Assembly: GCA_963727895.1 (NCBI GenBank)
Contig: CAVSHT010000003.1
Span: forward strand, 256,001 to 320,000
DNA length: 64,000 bases
Source: an uncultured Methanosarcinaceae archaeon
GTDB taxonomy: Archaea; Halobacteriota; Methanosarcinia; Methanosarcinales; Methanosarcinaceae
Direction of reading: 5' to 3'
In this document: positions 10,266 to 21,290 of the stretch, piece after piece
Layout of the letters: every line of letters begins with the position of its first letter
How positions within the stretch are numbered: position 1 is the first letter of the stretch
Program-made: the position numbers and the translations under genes
The notes under the pieces: generated by a model
Told to the model about the DNA's origin: nothing
The model's database searches: none
What the model saw: only the letters and a program-made list of their open reading frames with translations

Positions 10266-11127
10266 GAATATTTTTATCCAAGGATTTTATATAGCTCGTA
10301 AAAACTTTCTTTAAGAAACCTTAAAAAGCTGAAGATAGATGTACAAAATATTTCACAGGCAGATAATTTTGAATTAACGAATATTAGCTATTTCAGAAAA
10401 CTTCTACAAAATCAGAAAAATAAGCAATTAATGTGAAATTTATAATTTTTTTGAAATTTTGTACCTAAATTTATTTTATCATTTTGGCTCTTCGCTGTTA
10501 CAGTGGGCTGAAAATAATTGTTTAGTTAGAAAGTATTCAGATCAAATATGAAAACATCAAGCTTGAATGTGAGTTTCAACAACAATTTTTTATAAATATT
10601 AGATATGTCACTTTCATATAGAAAGTAGAAAATTACCCATTCGAAACAGCGAAAAGCCAAAAAAATACATGCCAGTGCGATGATCCCAAAATCGCTGTAT
10701 GACAGTTATATTCAGCAATACGAAAGAAATCATTTGTAATTCAACTGAAATCAATAATATCACAAGTGAACTAAAAACAAAATTTGAGAAGACTAAAAGT
10801 ACTCCCATAAAAAAGAATATTTGAAGAGCTATTGCATTGTGTAATCGCTATTTGTTAACTGGAAACTAAAAATACTATGGTATACCTATTGAGGAAGAGT
10901 TTTCAGAGAGGCATACCATAAACTTGGAGATCTTCCTGAAAAAACCAGGTTTCTGAGTAAAATATATGTACTCGGATATAATAAATAGAAGCTCTACAAA
11001 ATAGGACGCAATATTATATAATGTCATATATTTATTTGATTATTTTCTATATTGCTGTTTTCCTATGTTGTTGAATAAACAATTTATCTAAAAATTAAAC
11101 AATCTATAATAAAAATAAAACTGAGGG

Positions 11128-12618
11128 ATTATATTATTCGAAAATGTCCGCTTTCTGGATACTACTTTAAGAGATGGTGAACAAACACCTGGCGTTGCCC
11201 TGACAAAGGACAAGAAGCTCTTAATAGCTCGAGCGCTCGATGATATGGGAGTTTCGGTAATTGAGGCTGGTTCGGCAATCACTTCCAAAGGTGAAAGAGA
11301 GTCTATCAAGGCTGTTGCAAATGCTGGACTAAATGCTGAAATTTGCAGCTACTGCAGGATCGTAAAGTCTGACGTTGATCGTGCTCTTGAATGTGACGTT
11401 GATTCTATCCATCTTGTAGCACCTGTATCTGATCTTCATATAAGAACGAAAATCAAAAAGGATCGGGATGCAGTACGGCAGATCGCATGTGAAGTAACGG
11501 AGTATGCAAAAGACCATGGTCTGATAGTAGAACTGAGCGGAGAAGATGCTTCACGCGCAGACCCCGAATTTCTAAAGGCTATTTATTCCGATGGAATAGA
11601 TGCAGGTGCCGACAGATTGTGCTTCTGTGATACCGTAGGTCTTCTGGTACCTGAAAGGACCACCGAACTTTTCCGTGATCTTTCTTCTTCCCTGAAAGCC
11701 CCTATAAGCATTCACTGTCACAATGATTTCGGTTTTGCAACTGCAAATACTGTTGCTGCCCTTGCAGCTGGGGCAAAGCAAGCCCATGTAACTATAAACG
11801 GATTAGGAGAAAGAGCTGGTAATGCCTCTATTGAAGAGGTTGTCATGAGCCTTGAATGGCTCTATAAGCATGATACAGGTATCAAACACGAGATGATTTA
11901 TCGGACTTCGAGGCTTGTAAGCAGGCTCACAGGCATTCCAGTGTCACCTAATAAGGCTCTTGTAGGTGGAAATGCTTTCACACATGAAGCAGGTATTCAT
12001 GTTCATGGTCTTTTAGCCGATAAAGCAACCTATGAGCCGATGAGTCCCGAATATATCGGTAGGCAGCGACAGATTGTACTTGGAAAACATGCAGGACGCA
12101 GCTCGGTTACCCTTGCCTTAAAGGAAATGGGACTTGTGGCTGATGGCAGCCAGATTGAGGAGATTTTCAACCGCGTCAAGCAGATGGGTGACCAGGGAAA
12201 GCATGTAACTGATGCTGATCTTCAAACTATCGCAGAGACAGTACTGGATATCTATAAAGAACCAGTTGTAAAACTGGAAGAATTCACTATTGTATCTGGA
12301 AACCGGGTGACTCCAACCGCATCAATAAAACTCAACGTAAAAGATAAAGCCATAGTGCAGGCAGGAATAGGTAACGGACCTGTAGATGCTGTAATTAATG
12401 CTATCCGGAGAGCCGTAAGTTCCTGTGCCGAAGATATCATTCTTGAAGAATATCATGTAGACTCAATCACTGGCGGAACCGATGCCCTTGTTGAAGTAAG
12501 GGTAAAACTTTCCAAGGATGGAAAAGTAGTTACCGCAAGTGGAGCCAGGACGGATATTATTATAGCTTCCGTAGAAGCTGTAATGAACGGTATGAATCGC
12601 CTTATCCGAGTCGAATGA
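11128..12618 (+). CDS. cimA: (R)-citramalate synthase / isopropylmalate synthase family
   Basis: Frame open from 11125 through FLDTTLRDGEQTPG, HCHNDFG, GLGERAGNA, HEAGIH and a LeuA-type C-terminal regulatory domain; upstream of ilvB-ilvN-ilvC; start codon uncertain (see findings). Confidence 0.8.
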   Translation: MILFENVRFLDTTLRDGEQTPGVALTKDKKLLIARALDDMGVSVIEAGSAITSKGERESIKAVANAGLNAEICSYCRIVKSDVDRALECDVDSIHLVAPVSDLHIRTKIKKDRDAVRQIACEVTEYAKDHGLIVELSGEDASRADPEFLKAIYSDGIDAGADRLCFCDTVGLLVPERTTELFRDLSSSLKAPISIHCHNDFGFATANTVAALAAGAKQAHVTINGLGERAGNASIEEVVMSLEWLYKHDTGIKHEMIYRTSRLVSRLTGIPVSPNKALVGGNAFTHEAGIHVHGLLADKATYEPMSPEYIGRQRQIVLGKHAGRSSVTLALKEMGLVADGSQIEEIFNRVKQMGDQGKHVTDADLQTIAETVLDIYKEPVVKLEEFTIVSGNRVTPTASIKLNVKDKAIVQAGIGNGPVDAVINAIRRAVSSCAEDIILEEYHVDSITGGTDALVEVRVKLSKDGKVVTASGARTDIIIASVEAVMNGMNRLIRVE

Positions 12619-12825
12619 TTCCAGAAAGGACAAATTTTAAAAATTTCTCAGGAGGGCTTTTTTGTCCTCTCTCTTTTTCCAATTGTATAAATTTTAAAAT
12701 AGCATCTTCTTGACGTTTCTGAAATCGGGATAAACACTTATCCATATATACCATGATTGATTATGAAATATTTGTGAAATTTATAACGAAACATTTTTAG
12801 AGATAAATATTTCTGATAAATGCAC

Positions 12826-12865
12826 TCTAACTGGATACTCACCTCAAGATGAGTATCCAGTTAGA
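12826..12865 (+). promoter_or_regulatory. Perfect 15-bp inverted repeat in the ilvB leader
   Basis: TCTAACTGGATACTC-N10-GAGTATCCAGTTAGA ending 35 nt before the ilvB ATG. Confidence 0.6.
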
Positions 12866-12899
12866 TCTAAATTTAAATCAGATTAAAAGGAGTTTAATA

Positions 12900-14666
12900 A
12901 TGACAACCGGGTCAACAGAAAAAGTTAATGGCGCAAGGGCTCTGATAAAGTGCCTGGAAGAAGAAGGGGTTGACACCATCTTCGGATATCCAGGAGGGCA
13001 AATCATTCCCTTCTATAACGAACTTTATGATTCGAATTTGCGCCATATACTTGTGCGCCATGAACAGGCAGCAGCTCACGCTGCAGACGGGTACGCTCGC
13101 GCTACTGGAAAGACCGGGGTCTGCGTTTCCACTTCAGGTCCCGGAGCAACTAACTTGGTAACAGGCATTGCTACCGCATATATGGATTCAGTACCTATTG
13201 TAGCCTTAACAGGCCAGGTTCCGACGTTTTTGATAGGTAATGATGCCTTCCAGGAAGCCGATATTACGGGAATTACCCAGCCCATTACCAAGCACAACTA
13301 CCTCATTCAGGATGCAAAAGAACTCCCACGAATTGTAAAAGAGGCTTTCCATATTGCTTCTACTGGAAGGCCTGGCCCGGTATTAGTAGACATTCCAAAA
13401 GACGTACAGAATATGGAGATTGACTTTTACTATCCTGACAAAGTAGAACTTAGAGGGTATAAGCCAACTTACAAAGGTAATGCTCAACAGATCAAAAGAG
13501 CTGCTGAGGAAATCGCAAATTCCTGTATGCCTATTATTTATGCCGGCGGCGGTGTGATAAGTTCTAATTCAAGCGCCGAGCTTGTGGAACTGGCTGAGAC
13601 AGTTAATGCTCCGGTTACAACCACCCTTATGGGAATAGGCTCGATTCCTACAGAACATCCACTCTATGTAGGAATGCTTGGAATGCACGGGAGCAAATAC
13701 GCAAACTACGCAATTCAAGAATCGGATCTTATTATTGCTGTAGGCGCAAGGTTCGATGATCGTGTTACTGGAAAACTCGATTCTTTTGCTCCAAATGCCA
13801 GGGTTATCCATATTGATGTCGATCCTGCAGAGATCTCCAAAAATGTAAAGGTTCACATCCCAATAGTTGGAGATGCAAAACAGATACTTAAATCTCTGAA
13901 TAAACATATACGCCTCTGTAATTCCAAAGCCTGGCTTGAGAAAATAAACCAGTGGAAAAAAGAGTATCCATTGAGCTATACACAGGTTTCATCTGACGTT
14001 GTCATGCCTCAGTTCGTTATTGAACAGATATCTGAGGCCTGCAAGGATGCAATTATAGTTACTGAAGTCGGTCAGCACCAGATGTGGGCTGCTCAGTTCT
14101 TCAAATATAAAGAACCGAGGACTTTTATTACCTCAGGAGGGCTTGGCACAATGGGCTATGGTTTCCCTGCAGCTATAGGAGCTAAGGTTGGCAGACCGGA
14201 TAAAACGGTTATCAACATTGCAGGAGACGGATCTTTCCAAATGAACTCTCAGGAGCTTGCAACCGTAGTTCAAAATGATATCCCAGTTGTTTCTGTAATT
14301 CTTAATAACGGTTATCTGGGTATGGTCAGGCAGTGGCAGGAACTTTTCTATGAAAAGCGGTATTCTCACACTTACATCAAGGGCAGTGTTGATTTCGTTA
14401 AACTTGCCGAGGCCTACGGAGCCCTTGGATTGCGTGCGGAAAAGCCGTCTGAGGTAAGGCCTGCAATTGAAGAAGCTGTTAATTCAGGTAGACCTGCTGT
14501 TGTTGAAGTCATTGTTGAGTGTGAAGCAAACGTTTATCCTATGGTGCCGGCTGGAGCTGCAATTAATGAAATTCTTGATACGGAAGAACATGCAGACACT
14601 CCTTGCGCTATGCCTAATCTGCGCATGGTAACAGCTGATAGAGTTCTTGATCTGGAGGAACAGTGA
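12900..14666 (+). CDS. ilvB: Acetolactate synthase large subunit
   Basis: [37 protein letters not shown] ThDP motif; AGGAG RBS before ATG 12900. Confidence 0.95.
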   Translation: MTTGSTEKVNGARALIKCLEEEGVDTIFGYPGGQIIPFYNELYDSNLRHILVRHEQAAAHAADGYARATGKTGVCVSTSGPGATNLVTGIATAYMDSVPIVALTGQVPTFLIGNDAFQEADITGITQPITKHNYLIQDAKELPRIVKEAFHIASTGRPGPVLVDIPKDVQNMEIDFYYPDKVELRGYKPTYKGNAQQIKRAAEEIANSCMPIIYAGGGVISSNSSAELVELAETVNAPVTTTLMGIGSIPTEHPLYVGMLGMHGSKYANYAIQESDLIIAVGARFDDRVTGKLDSFAPNARVIHIDVDPAEISKNVKVHIPIVGDAKQILKSLNKHIRLCNSKAWLEKINQWKKEYPLSYTQVSSDVVMPQFVIEQISEACKDAIIVTEVGQHQMWAAQFFKYKEPRTFITSGGLGTMGYGFPAAIGAKVGRPDKTVINIAGDGSFQMNSQELATVVQNDIPVVSVILNNGYLGMVRQWQELFYEKRYSHTYIKGSVDFVKLAEAYGALGLRAEKPSEVRPAIEEAVNSGRPAVVEVIVECEANVYPMVPAGAAINEILDTEEHADTPCAMPNLRMVTADRVLDLEEQ

Positions 14667-15151
14667 TGAAGCACACACTTGCAGTCCTTGTGGAAAATAA
14701 GTCTGGAGTTCTCTCCAGGGTTGCCTCTCTTTTTTCAAGGCGAGGATATAATATCGACAGTCTGGCTGTAGGAGTTACGGAAGATCCAGAAATTTCTAGA
14801 ATGACTATTGTGGTTCAGGGAGATGATCAGGTTCTAGAGCAGGTCACAAAACAGCTGAACAAGCTCATAGATGTTATTAAAGTCTCGGATATCGGAGCTG
14901 ATGATGCGGTTGAAAGGGAACTTGCGCTCATCAAGGTCTCTGCTGATGTGACTTCAAGAGCTGAAATTATCCAGATTGTAAACATTTTCAGGGCAAGAAT
15001 AGTGGATGTTGCTCCCAAGTCCATAACTGTTGAAGTTACAGGAGATGAAAGCAAAATAAATGCGATTGAAAAACTCCTTCGGCAGTTTGGAATTAAAGAA
15101 ATGGTTCGAACAGGTAAGATTGCTCTGGGTCGCGGCCCAAAGAAGGTTTAA
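14663..15151 (+). CDS. ilvN: Acetolactate synthase regulatory subunit
   Basis: [34 protein letters not shown] domain; overlaps the ilvB stop. Confidence 0.95.
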   Translation: MMKHTLAVLVENKSGVLSRVASLFSRRGYNIDSLAVGVTEDPEISRMTIVVQGDDQVLEQVTKQLNKLIDVIKVSDIGADDAVERELALIKVSADVTSRAEIIQIVNIFRARIVDVAPKSITVEVTGDESKINAIEKLLRQFGIKEMVRTGKIALGRGPKKV

Positions 15152-15432
15152 ATAATAAGGACAGGTAAAGAAAGGTAGCTGCTTAATAATTTTATCGATT
15201 GGGGCGTCTAGAAGCGTTTTGAATAGACGAGAAGTTTCATTTAAGGCAGGTCTGGGTTTTCAGGCATCTGCTGAAACTTCAAAAATTGTCCCTCTCTAAA
15301 TAAAGCAACTTCCTAACATCTATACAAATCAAATCAATTCACAGGGAAGTTAACGGATTTCATGATATTATACTTCCCCCAAAATAATTGGAGCTTTGCT
15401 CAAAACTGAAAAATTAATCAGGAGAATCTAAT

Positions 15433-16440
15433 ATGGCTACAATAATTTATGATAGTGAGACTACTTTTGATGCACTTAAGGACAGGACTATCGCAGTAAT
15501 GGGTTATGGGAGTCAGGGACATGCTCACGCCCGTAATCTCCATGAGTCTGGACTCAATGTTATTGTTGGGCTCAGAAACGGCAGTTCAAGCTGGGCAAAG
15601 GCTGAGGGCGACGGCCTGAAAGTCATGACTGTTTCAGAGGCTGCAAAAGCTGCAGATTTTATCATGGTCCTCCTTCCGGACGAAAAACAGGCTTCTGTCT
15701 ATTATTCTGAAATCGAGCCAAATCTGGAAGTAGGTAATGCACTTGCTTTTGCGCACGGTTTCAATATTCACTATAGCCAGATTGTTCCCCCGAAAAACGT
15801 TGATGTTGTCATGATTGCTCCCAAAGGTCCTGGTCACATTGTGAGAAGAACCTACACCGAAGGTATCGGAGTGCCAGCCCTGATTGCAGTCTACCAGGAT
15901 GCAACAGGAAATGCCAGGGAAATTGCTCTTTCTTACGCCAAAGGTATCGGTGCAACCAGAGCAGGTGTCTATGAGACTACTTTCCGTGAAGAAACAGAAA
16001 CCGACCTTTTCGGAGAACAGGTTGATCTGTGTGGAGGAATTTCATCTCTTATCAAGACCGCTTTTGAAGTTCTTGTTGAGGCAGGATACCAGCCTGAAAT
16101 GGCATATTTCGAAACATGTCACGAGGTCAAGCTCATTGTCGACCTTATCTATGAAGGCGGGCTTGAGAGAATGTGGCATTCTGTTTCCAACACTGCAGAA
16201 TACGGTGGTATGACTGTCGGTCCAACTATTATTAATGATGAGTCACGCGAAGCCATGTATGAAGCTCTGGCAAGAATTCAGAACGGCGAGTTTGCCAAGG
16301 AATTCGTGCTTGAAGGAATGGTCAACCATCCTGTGCTCAAAGCCATGGAACGCCAGGAAAAGGAACACCAGCTTGAAGTTGTCGGAAAACAAATCCGCGC
16401 AAACATCCCCTGGCTCAACAAGAAGATTGACGACGACTGA
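15433..16440 (+). CDS. ilvC: Ketol-acid reductoisomerase
   Basis: [35 protein letters not shown]. Confidence 0.97.
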   Translation: MATIIYDSETTFDALKDRTIAVMGYGSQGHAHARNLHESGLNVIVGLRNGSSSWAKAEGDGLKVMTVSEAAKAADFIMVLLPDEKQASVYYSEIEPNLEVGNALAFAHGFNIHYSQIVPPKNVDVVMIAPKGPGHIVRRTYTEGIGVPALIAVYQDATGNAREIALSYAKGIGATRAGVYETTFREETETDLFGEQVDLCGGISSLIKTAFEVLVEAGYQPEMAYFETCHEVKLIVDLIYEGGLERMWHSVSNTAEYGGMTVGPTIINDESREAMYEALARIQNGEFAKEFVLEGMVNHPVLKAMERQEKEHQLEVVGKQIRANIPWLNKKIDDD

Positions 16441-16512
16441 TTTTGTTGTTTGACAGCCTTTATACAGAAGATTCATAAATCTGTAAATAGAAAATCAATC
16501 CGGAGGGAAATA

Positions 16513-17055
16513 ATGCCAGTAACAGGAGAAAACAAAGTCATTGACACTATCCTCAATAGAAGGAGTGTCAGAGAGTTTACGGACAAACCTGTCAGCAAGG
16601 AAGATATTAACACTATCCTTAATGCAGGTCATTGGGCGCCTTCCGGATTGAATAACCAGCCCTGGCGTTTCGTTGTTATCAGGGATCGTGAAACTATCCA
16701 GAAACTCTCGGAATGCACGCATTATTCAGGTATTGTGGCAGGAGCTCCTCTGATTATTGCTACTTTTCTGGACAATGAAACTTCTTACAACAGGACAAAA
16801 GATATTGAGGCAATAGGGGCAGCAATTGAGAATATGCTCCTTACTTGCTGTGGACTGGGTCTTGGCGGAGTCTGGCTTGGAGAAATCCTGAATCAAAAGG
16901 AAAAGGTCAATTCCATTCTGGAATGTCCTTCTGATTTTGAGCTGATGTCTGCTCTTGCAATTGGGGAACCAGTTCCTAAAGAAAGAACTTCAACACGCAG
17001 GCCTCTTTCAGAAATAGTGTTTGATGAAAAGTACGGCCAGAAATGGGAAGAGTAA
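16513..17055 (+). CDS. Nitroreductase family protein
   Basis: RRSVREF, APSGLNNQPWRF, GLGGVW; GGAGG RBS before ATG 16513. Confidence 0.9.
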   Translation: MPVTGENKVIDTILNRRSVREFTDKPVSKEDINTILNAGHWAPSGLNNQPWRFVVIRDRETIQKLSECTHYSGIVAGAPLIIATFLDNETSYNRTKDIEAIGAAIENMLLTCCGLGLGGVWLGEILNQKEKVNSILECPSDFELMSALAIGEPVPKERTSTRRPLSEIVFDEKYGQKWEE

Positions 17056-17224
17056 ACCTATCCTGATATTTTCAGGCTAGTTTCCCTTTCAATTTGTTTT
17101 TATTCATTAAATATGCTTTAATTCCGTTAGGGATTAAGTTTATAAGCCATTTAACACTATTACCAGCCAGGTGACTCATCTTAGTTTCGTTTGTCAGTTG
17201 GCTGATCCAAACTTTTTCGTGTAA

Positions 17225-17296
17225 AGGTCTGTAGTGTAGAGGATATCACTGGAGCCTCCGGAGCTTCGAACCTGGGTTCGATTCCCAGCAGACCTG
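17225..17296 (+). tRNA. tRNA-Arg(CCG)
   Basis: Acceptor AGGTCTG/CAGACCT, D arm GTG..CAC, anticodon arm GGAGC-CT CCG GA-GCTTC, T arm CTGGG-TTCGATT-CCCAG; followed by a T-run; TTTATAA box near 17139. Confidence 0.93.
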
Positions 17297-17414
17297 TTTT
17301 TAAAAAATTGATTTAATTGATTTTATTTTTATATTATTCCTGGCATAAGGTATGAAGACAGAAAGTAAAAACAAAATATCAAAAAACATAATCGGTTTTG
17401 AAGGTGTTTATATA

Positions 17415-17594
17415 ATGTCTAGAGGATTAAATCGTCGCTTTCTGCGTGCTGGAAGAAGGATATCTTTAGTTCAGTTAATTCTCATAGCGATAATACTTTA
17501 CTTTTTACTGAGAATTCTTTTACCGCTTTTGTGGACTCTCTTTTTGATTGTCGTTCTGATTATACTGTTGAAAGTAGTGCTGGATAATTTTTAA
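17415..17594 (+). CDS. Small membrane protein
   Basis: AGGTG RBS, basic N-terminus and a long hydrophobic stretch (about two TM helices); ORF track start at 17352 is an alternative. Confidence 0.6.
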   Translation: MSRGLNRRFLRAGRRISLVQLILIAIILYFLLRILLPLLWTLFLIVVLIILLKVVLDNF

Positions 17595-17744
17595 TTAATT
17601 TTTGATTCACTTCAGATATTTCTGAACTTTTGGATGTTGGAACGTATTATCTAGAAACAGAAGTAAATTAGTAACTATATACTGAATAGTTACTATTATT
17701 TTTTAGCTAATTTCTTCATCAAATTCAATTTTGCCTGAATATTG

Positions 17745-17761
17745 AGGGTTTCTACAGAGCC
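17745..17761. mobile_element. Possible isolated IS terminal repeat remnant
   Basis: AGGGTTTCTACAGAGCC resembles IS5-like GGC-starting TIRs; no partner end or transposase seen. Confidence 0.3.
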
Positions 17762-18220
17762 AAAAAAGAAAAAAGAGAAGAGAATATGGGGGGAATAAAT
17801 TTCTCTTTTCTAGGGAAAACTGTTAAAGACGTAATAATTAAAAAACTTTTGAAAGTATATTTAATATCGTCAGGAAACTCTATAAATTCAAAGGATGGCT
17901 AAAAAACTAGAATCTCAAAAGTCTGTTACTAAGAATTAGCTTGCTATTATAATTTGCAGGGAAGCTCTCCCCCAAAAGCTCCCTGAGCATTCACAAAAAG
18001 AGGTTTATTTTACACACTCTAAATACAACCTATTATCTTATCAAAATTACAGAAGAAATTTTTCTGAATATTATTTCGAGATAAAAGAAGTTGAATAGTT
18101 TAAATCACTGAGTAAATTAGAAAGCTATTGAAACTCCAGGAAACAAAAAGCTATGGTGGATATTCTGGTGGTAATTGCACTCTGAAATTATGAATAGATA
18201 ATTGAGAAAAATTTTTGGGA

Positions 18221-19239
18221 TTATTTAAAACGGTTGTATTTCTTATGCGCCTGTTCAGCCGTTATTATATTAAAAACAAGGGCATTGATACTTAAACATA
18301 GTTATATACTATTAGAAAGTATATTTCTTCATGAACTGCCCCAGATGCAATAGTTCCAGTCACAAAAAGAACGGTATAGTTGGTGGTCGTCAACGGTACA
18401 AATGCCATGATTGTGGATATAACTATACAGTAGAGCTAAAATCAACTGCTTTTTTCGCCTCTGTTAAAAAACAGGCTTTACAACTTTACCTTGAAGGATT
18501 GGGCTTTCGTTCAATAGGACGATTTTTAGGGGTGAGTCATGTTTCTGTCCAAAGATGGATCAAGAAATTTGGTCCGGAGTTAGAGGACCTAAAAAGTGAA
18601 AATGAGATATCTATTGTTGAAATGGATGAAATGCACACTTACATCGGTAACAAAAAAATATTGCTGGATCTGGATTGCTGTTGATAGAGTTGGGAAAAAG
18701 TTCATCAACTGCTCTTTTGGCAGCAGAGGAACGGAAACTGGAAAACTACTCTGGGAAAAATTGAAGAAAAAAGACATTGGAGAAGTGATGACAGATCACT
18801 GGAGAGCATATGCAGAGTTTCTTCCTGAAACGATTCATACTCAATCAAAAGCAGAAACGTATACTGTTGAAGGAGATATAACAGCATATTGAGGCATTTT
18901 TTAGCAAGGTTGAGAAGAAAGACAAAGTGTTATACAAAAAGTCTTGAAATGCTAAAGTACTCGGTTATTCTATTGATGAAATACAGAAATAAAGAACTAG
19001 ATATAGTTAAGTAACAATGCCAAAACAAGAGCTTCACTTCTTTCAAAATCAATTTCATATAAAATACGAAAATCGCCTACCTGAAGCCGATAAACTGTCT
19101 TATGACTTCCTTTTACCTCTTTTTTGTTTCCCCCTGGCAAGGGATCTTTTAGTTCACGAAGAGCCTCTTTTATTTGATCCCTTCGATTTACAGGAACATT
19201 TTCGAAGACCTTAGGGTGAATCAGAACTTTAAAGGTCAT
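18221..19239 (-). pseudogene. RelE/ParE-family toxin interrupted by IS1
   Basis: YRLQVGDFRILYEID motif; removing the IS and one TSD restores ...EALV-FNIITAEQAHKKYNRFK* with stop at 18221. Confidence 0.85.
18281..19021 (+). mobile_element. IS1 family element, copy 2
   Basis: TIRs GGCATTGATACTTAA / TTAAGTAACAATGCC; perfect 8-bp TSD AAAACAAG (18273-18280, 19022-19029); insA/insB ORFs. Confidence 0.95.
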
Positions 19240-19423
19240 CGATGCTCACGAACTCGTCACGATGTTCTTTTATGAGCTTATCACCTTAGTCTATAAGTTT
19301 ATTGCAGTTGTGTTCATGGATCAATTTTCGTATAACGGTATTATAGTCATCACCCATTTTCCCAATGTTTTTTAACTCCTCGCGAGTGTCTTTAGATATC
19401 TGTATAGTTGTAGTTTCTGACAT
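19229..19423 (-). pseudogene. Antitoxin (RHH-like) pseudogene upstream of the toxin
   Basis: MSETTTIQISKDTREELKNIGKMGDDYNTVIRKLI, then a +1 frameshift and in-frame TAA, then GDKLIKEHRDEFVSIDDL* overlapping the toxin ATG. Confidence 0.7.
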
Positions 19424-20010
19424 AATAGTCACTATAACTATTATGGTATTTATAACATATGATGTACAGTGAAATAAATTATTAAGGTAGTCATGCAGAT
19501 GTAATTATTGAAAGAACGCGCCATGAAGACTATCCATCTGAACTCAAAAACCCCATTCTGCTAGTATATAGGAATATTCAAGTCAATTTCGATTTTTAAA
19601 AACAGACTGTATGAAAAATTTTGAAATCTGAAATTTTACTGCGAAAAGTGAGTTTTATTTTCAGGTTCACTGTTTAACTTTTAGAATATGTCGTTTTTAC
19701 ATTTCATTTTAAAAATGTCTCAAAGCGGCTTAGAATGATATATTTTTTTTACTGTTAATGGCAACACAAAAACGCAATGAGAAAGGAATCCAGAAAAACT
19801 CAAAAATGCAGTAATTTTCCTGTAAAAATACTACATTTCATAAACGTAGTTTTTCTCAAAAACTCTACATTTTGTCCTTGGATTAACCAAATTTCACTCA
19901 AATTCCCCTTAATACTCCTAGGGAATACATAGTTTTACAACAAAACTTGTACATCGAATAAACTGCAAAAATAAACAGATTTAGCATGAAAGTACATGAG
20001 GAGATTATCC

Positions 20011-21271
20011 TCACGTGCTCTCTTGATCCTTTTTCCCCATAATCGCAAATATTTCACTAATTATTTTAATCCGTTCATCAACCGAAAAAATCTCAGTCTC
20101 AATAATCTTTCTCTTTTGGATTTCTCTTTTGATATCCGGTTTCATCTTCGTCCATCTCATCGTTTGTAATAAGATGCCATAGTATCGTTGCAATTTTCCT
20201 TGCTAAGGCAATAATTGCTTTTGCATGTCCAATCGACTTCTTTTTTCTGTTAAAAAACTCTTTTAACCTGCTATTCTTCTTTCTTGCTGCTGCTTGAGCA
20301 ATCTGTGTCAGAATCCACCTTGCTACTTTTGATCCCCTCTTTGTGATTCTGCCGTTATAGTATTTATCTGCAGATTGATACACATTAGGAACTAGACCAA
20401 GCCAAGAAGCAAGCTTATTTCCAGAAGAAAAATCCTTAAAGTTGCCTATTTCAGCAAGTAAAATTGCCGCACCAAGTTCCCCTATACCTGGAACTGACAT
20501 TAAAATCTCCATTTCTCGCTTATGATTTCGAGAAGCATAATTAAAAATTTCTTTTTCTAAAGCTTCGAGTTCATCATCAAGACTTTTTATGAGTTTCAGA
20601 CAGATCTGAAGTCTGAATGCAGCACTTTGAGAAATTTCTCGATCAAGAATTTCTCTTATCTGAGCAGCTTTTTTCCGAACATTTGGAGAGAGGCTTGCAA
20701 TAATCTGATCAACACTCTTACCTGAAGAGATTCCTAATAAGATCATTCTGCCATTCTTGCCAAAAACGTCTGTCAGCACATTATTCAGGTGTAGCATTTC
20801 AGATGCAAGAATTGAATTTCAGATGCAAGAATTGAGTGAACTTTATTTTTTAAATCTGTTCTTTTTTGTACAAGTGTTAACCGAAGTCGAACATATGATC
20901 TAAAATCTATATGATCCTTTGGAAAAACTCTTGATGGCTGAATCATATTATTAAGTGCAAGTTGTGCAATGACTTCTGAGTCAATCTTATCTGTTTTTTA
21001 TGGGTAAATACCTTCATATCTCGCGCATTTCCAACTATCACAGTTAGATGCTTTACCAATGAATCATGAATCGGAACCCAAAAGTAGCTGGTTGATTCAC
21101 ATGCAACAACATCACATTTTTCTGATATTACCCAATTTTTAAGGGCTAAAATTCCTTCATCATCTCTGTTGAAGCGTTGCTGTTGTTTTTCACCAGATAT
21201 ACTGAGAATTGTAGCAATGAAAAAGAGTTTGTGAATGTCTAAACCACAAGCTTTGTTATGACTTCAATCAA
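20011..21271 (-). pseudogene. IS110 family transposase (DEDD RuvC + Tnp20 domains), multiply frameshifted
   Basis: CGLDIHK, ACEST, TDKIDSE, SVPGIGELGA, GLVPNVYQSA, ARKIATILW; GGTGAT RBS before TTG 21271; 20-bp tandem duplication 20796-20835. Confidence 0.9.
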
Positions 21272-21290
21272 ATTAGATCACCAAATTTAT

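Noticed and set aside
10614..10920. Hydrophobic minus-strand ORF fragment
   Set aside because: Interrupted by stops and has no motif; at most a remnant
19525..19670. Additional degenerate MITE-like segment
   Set aside because: Terminal repeats too weak to support a call without a search
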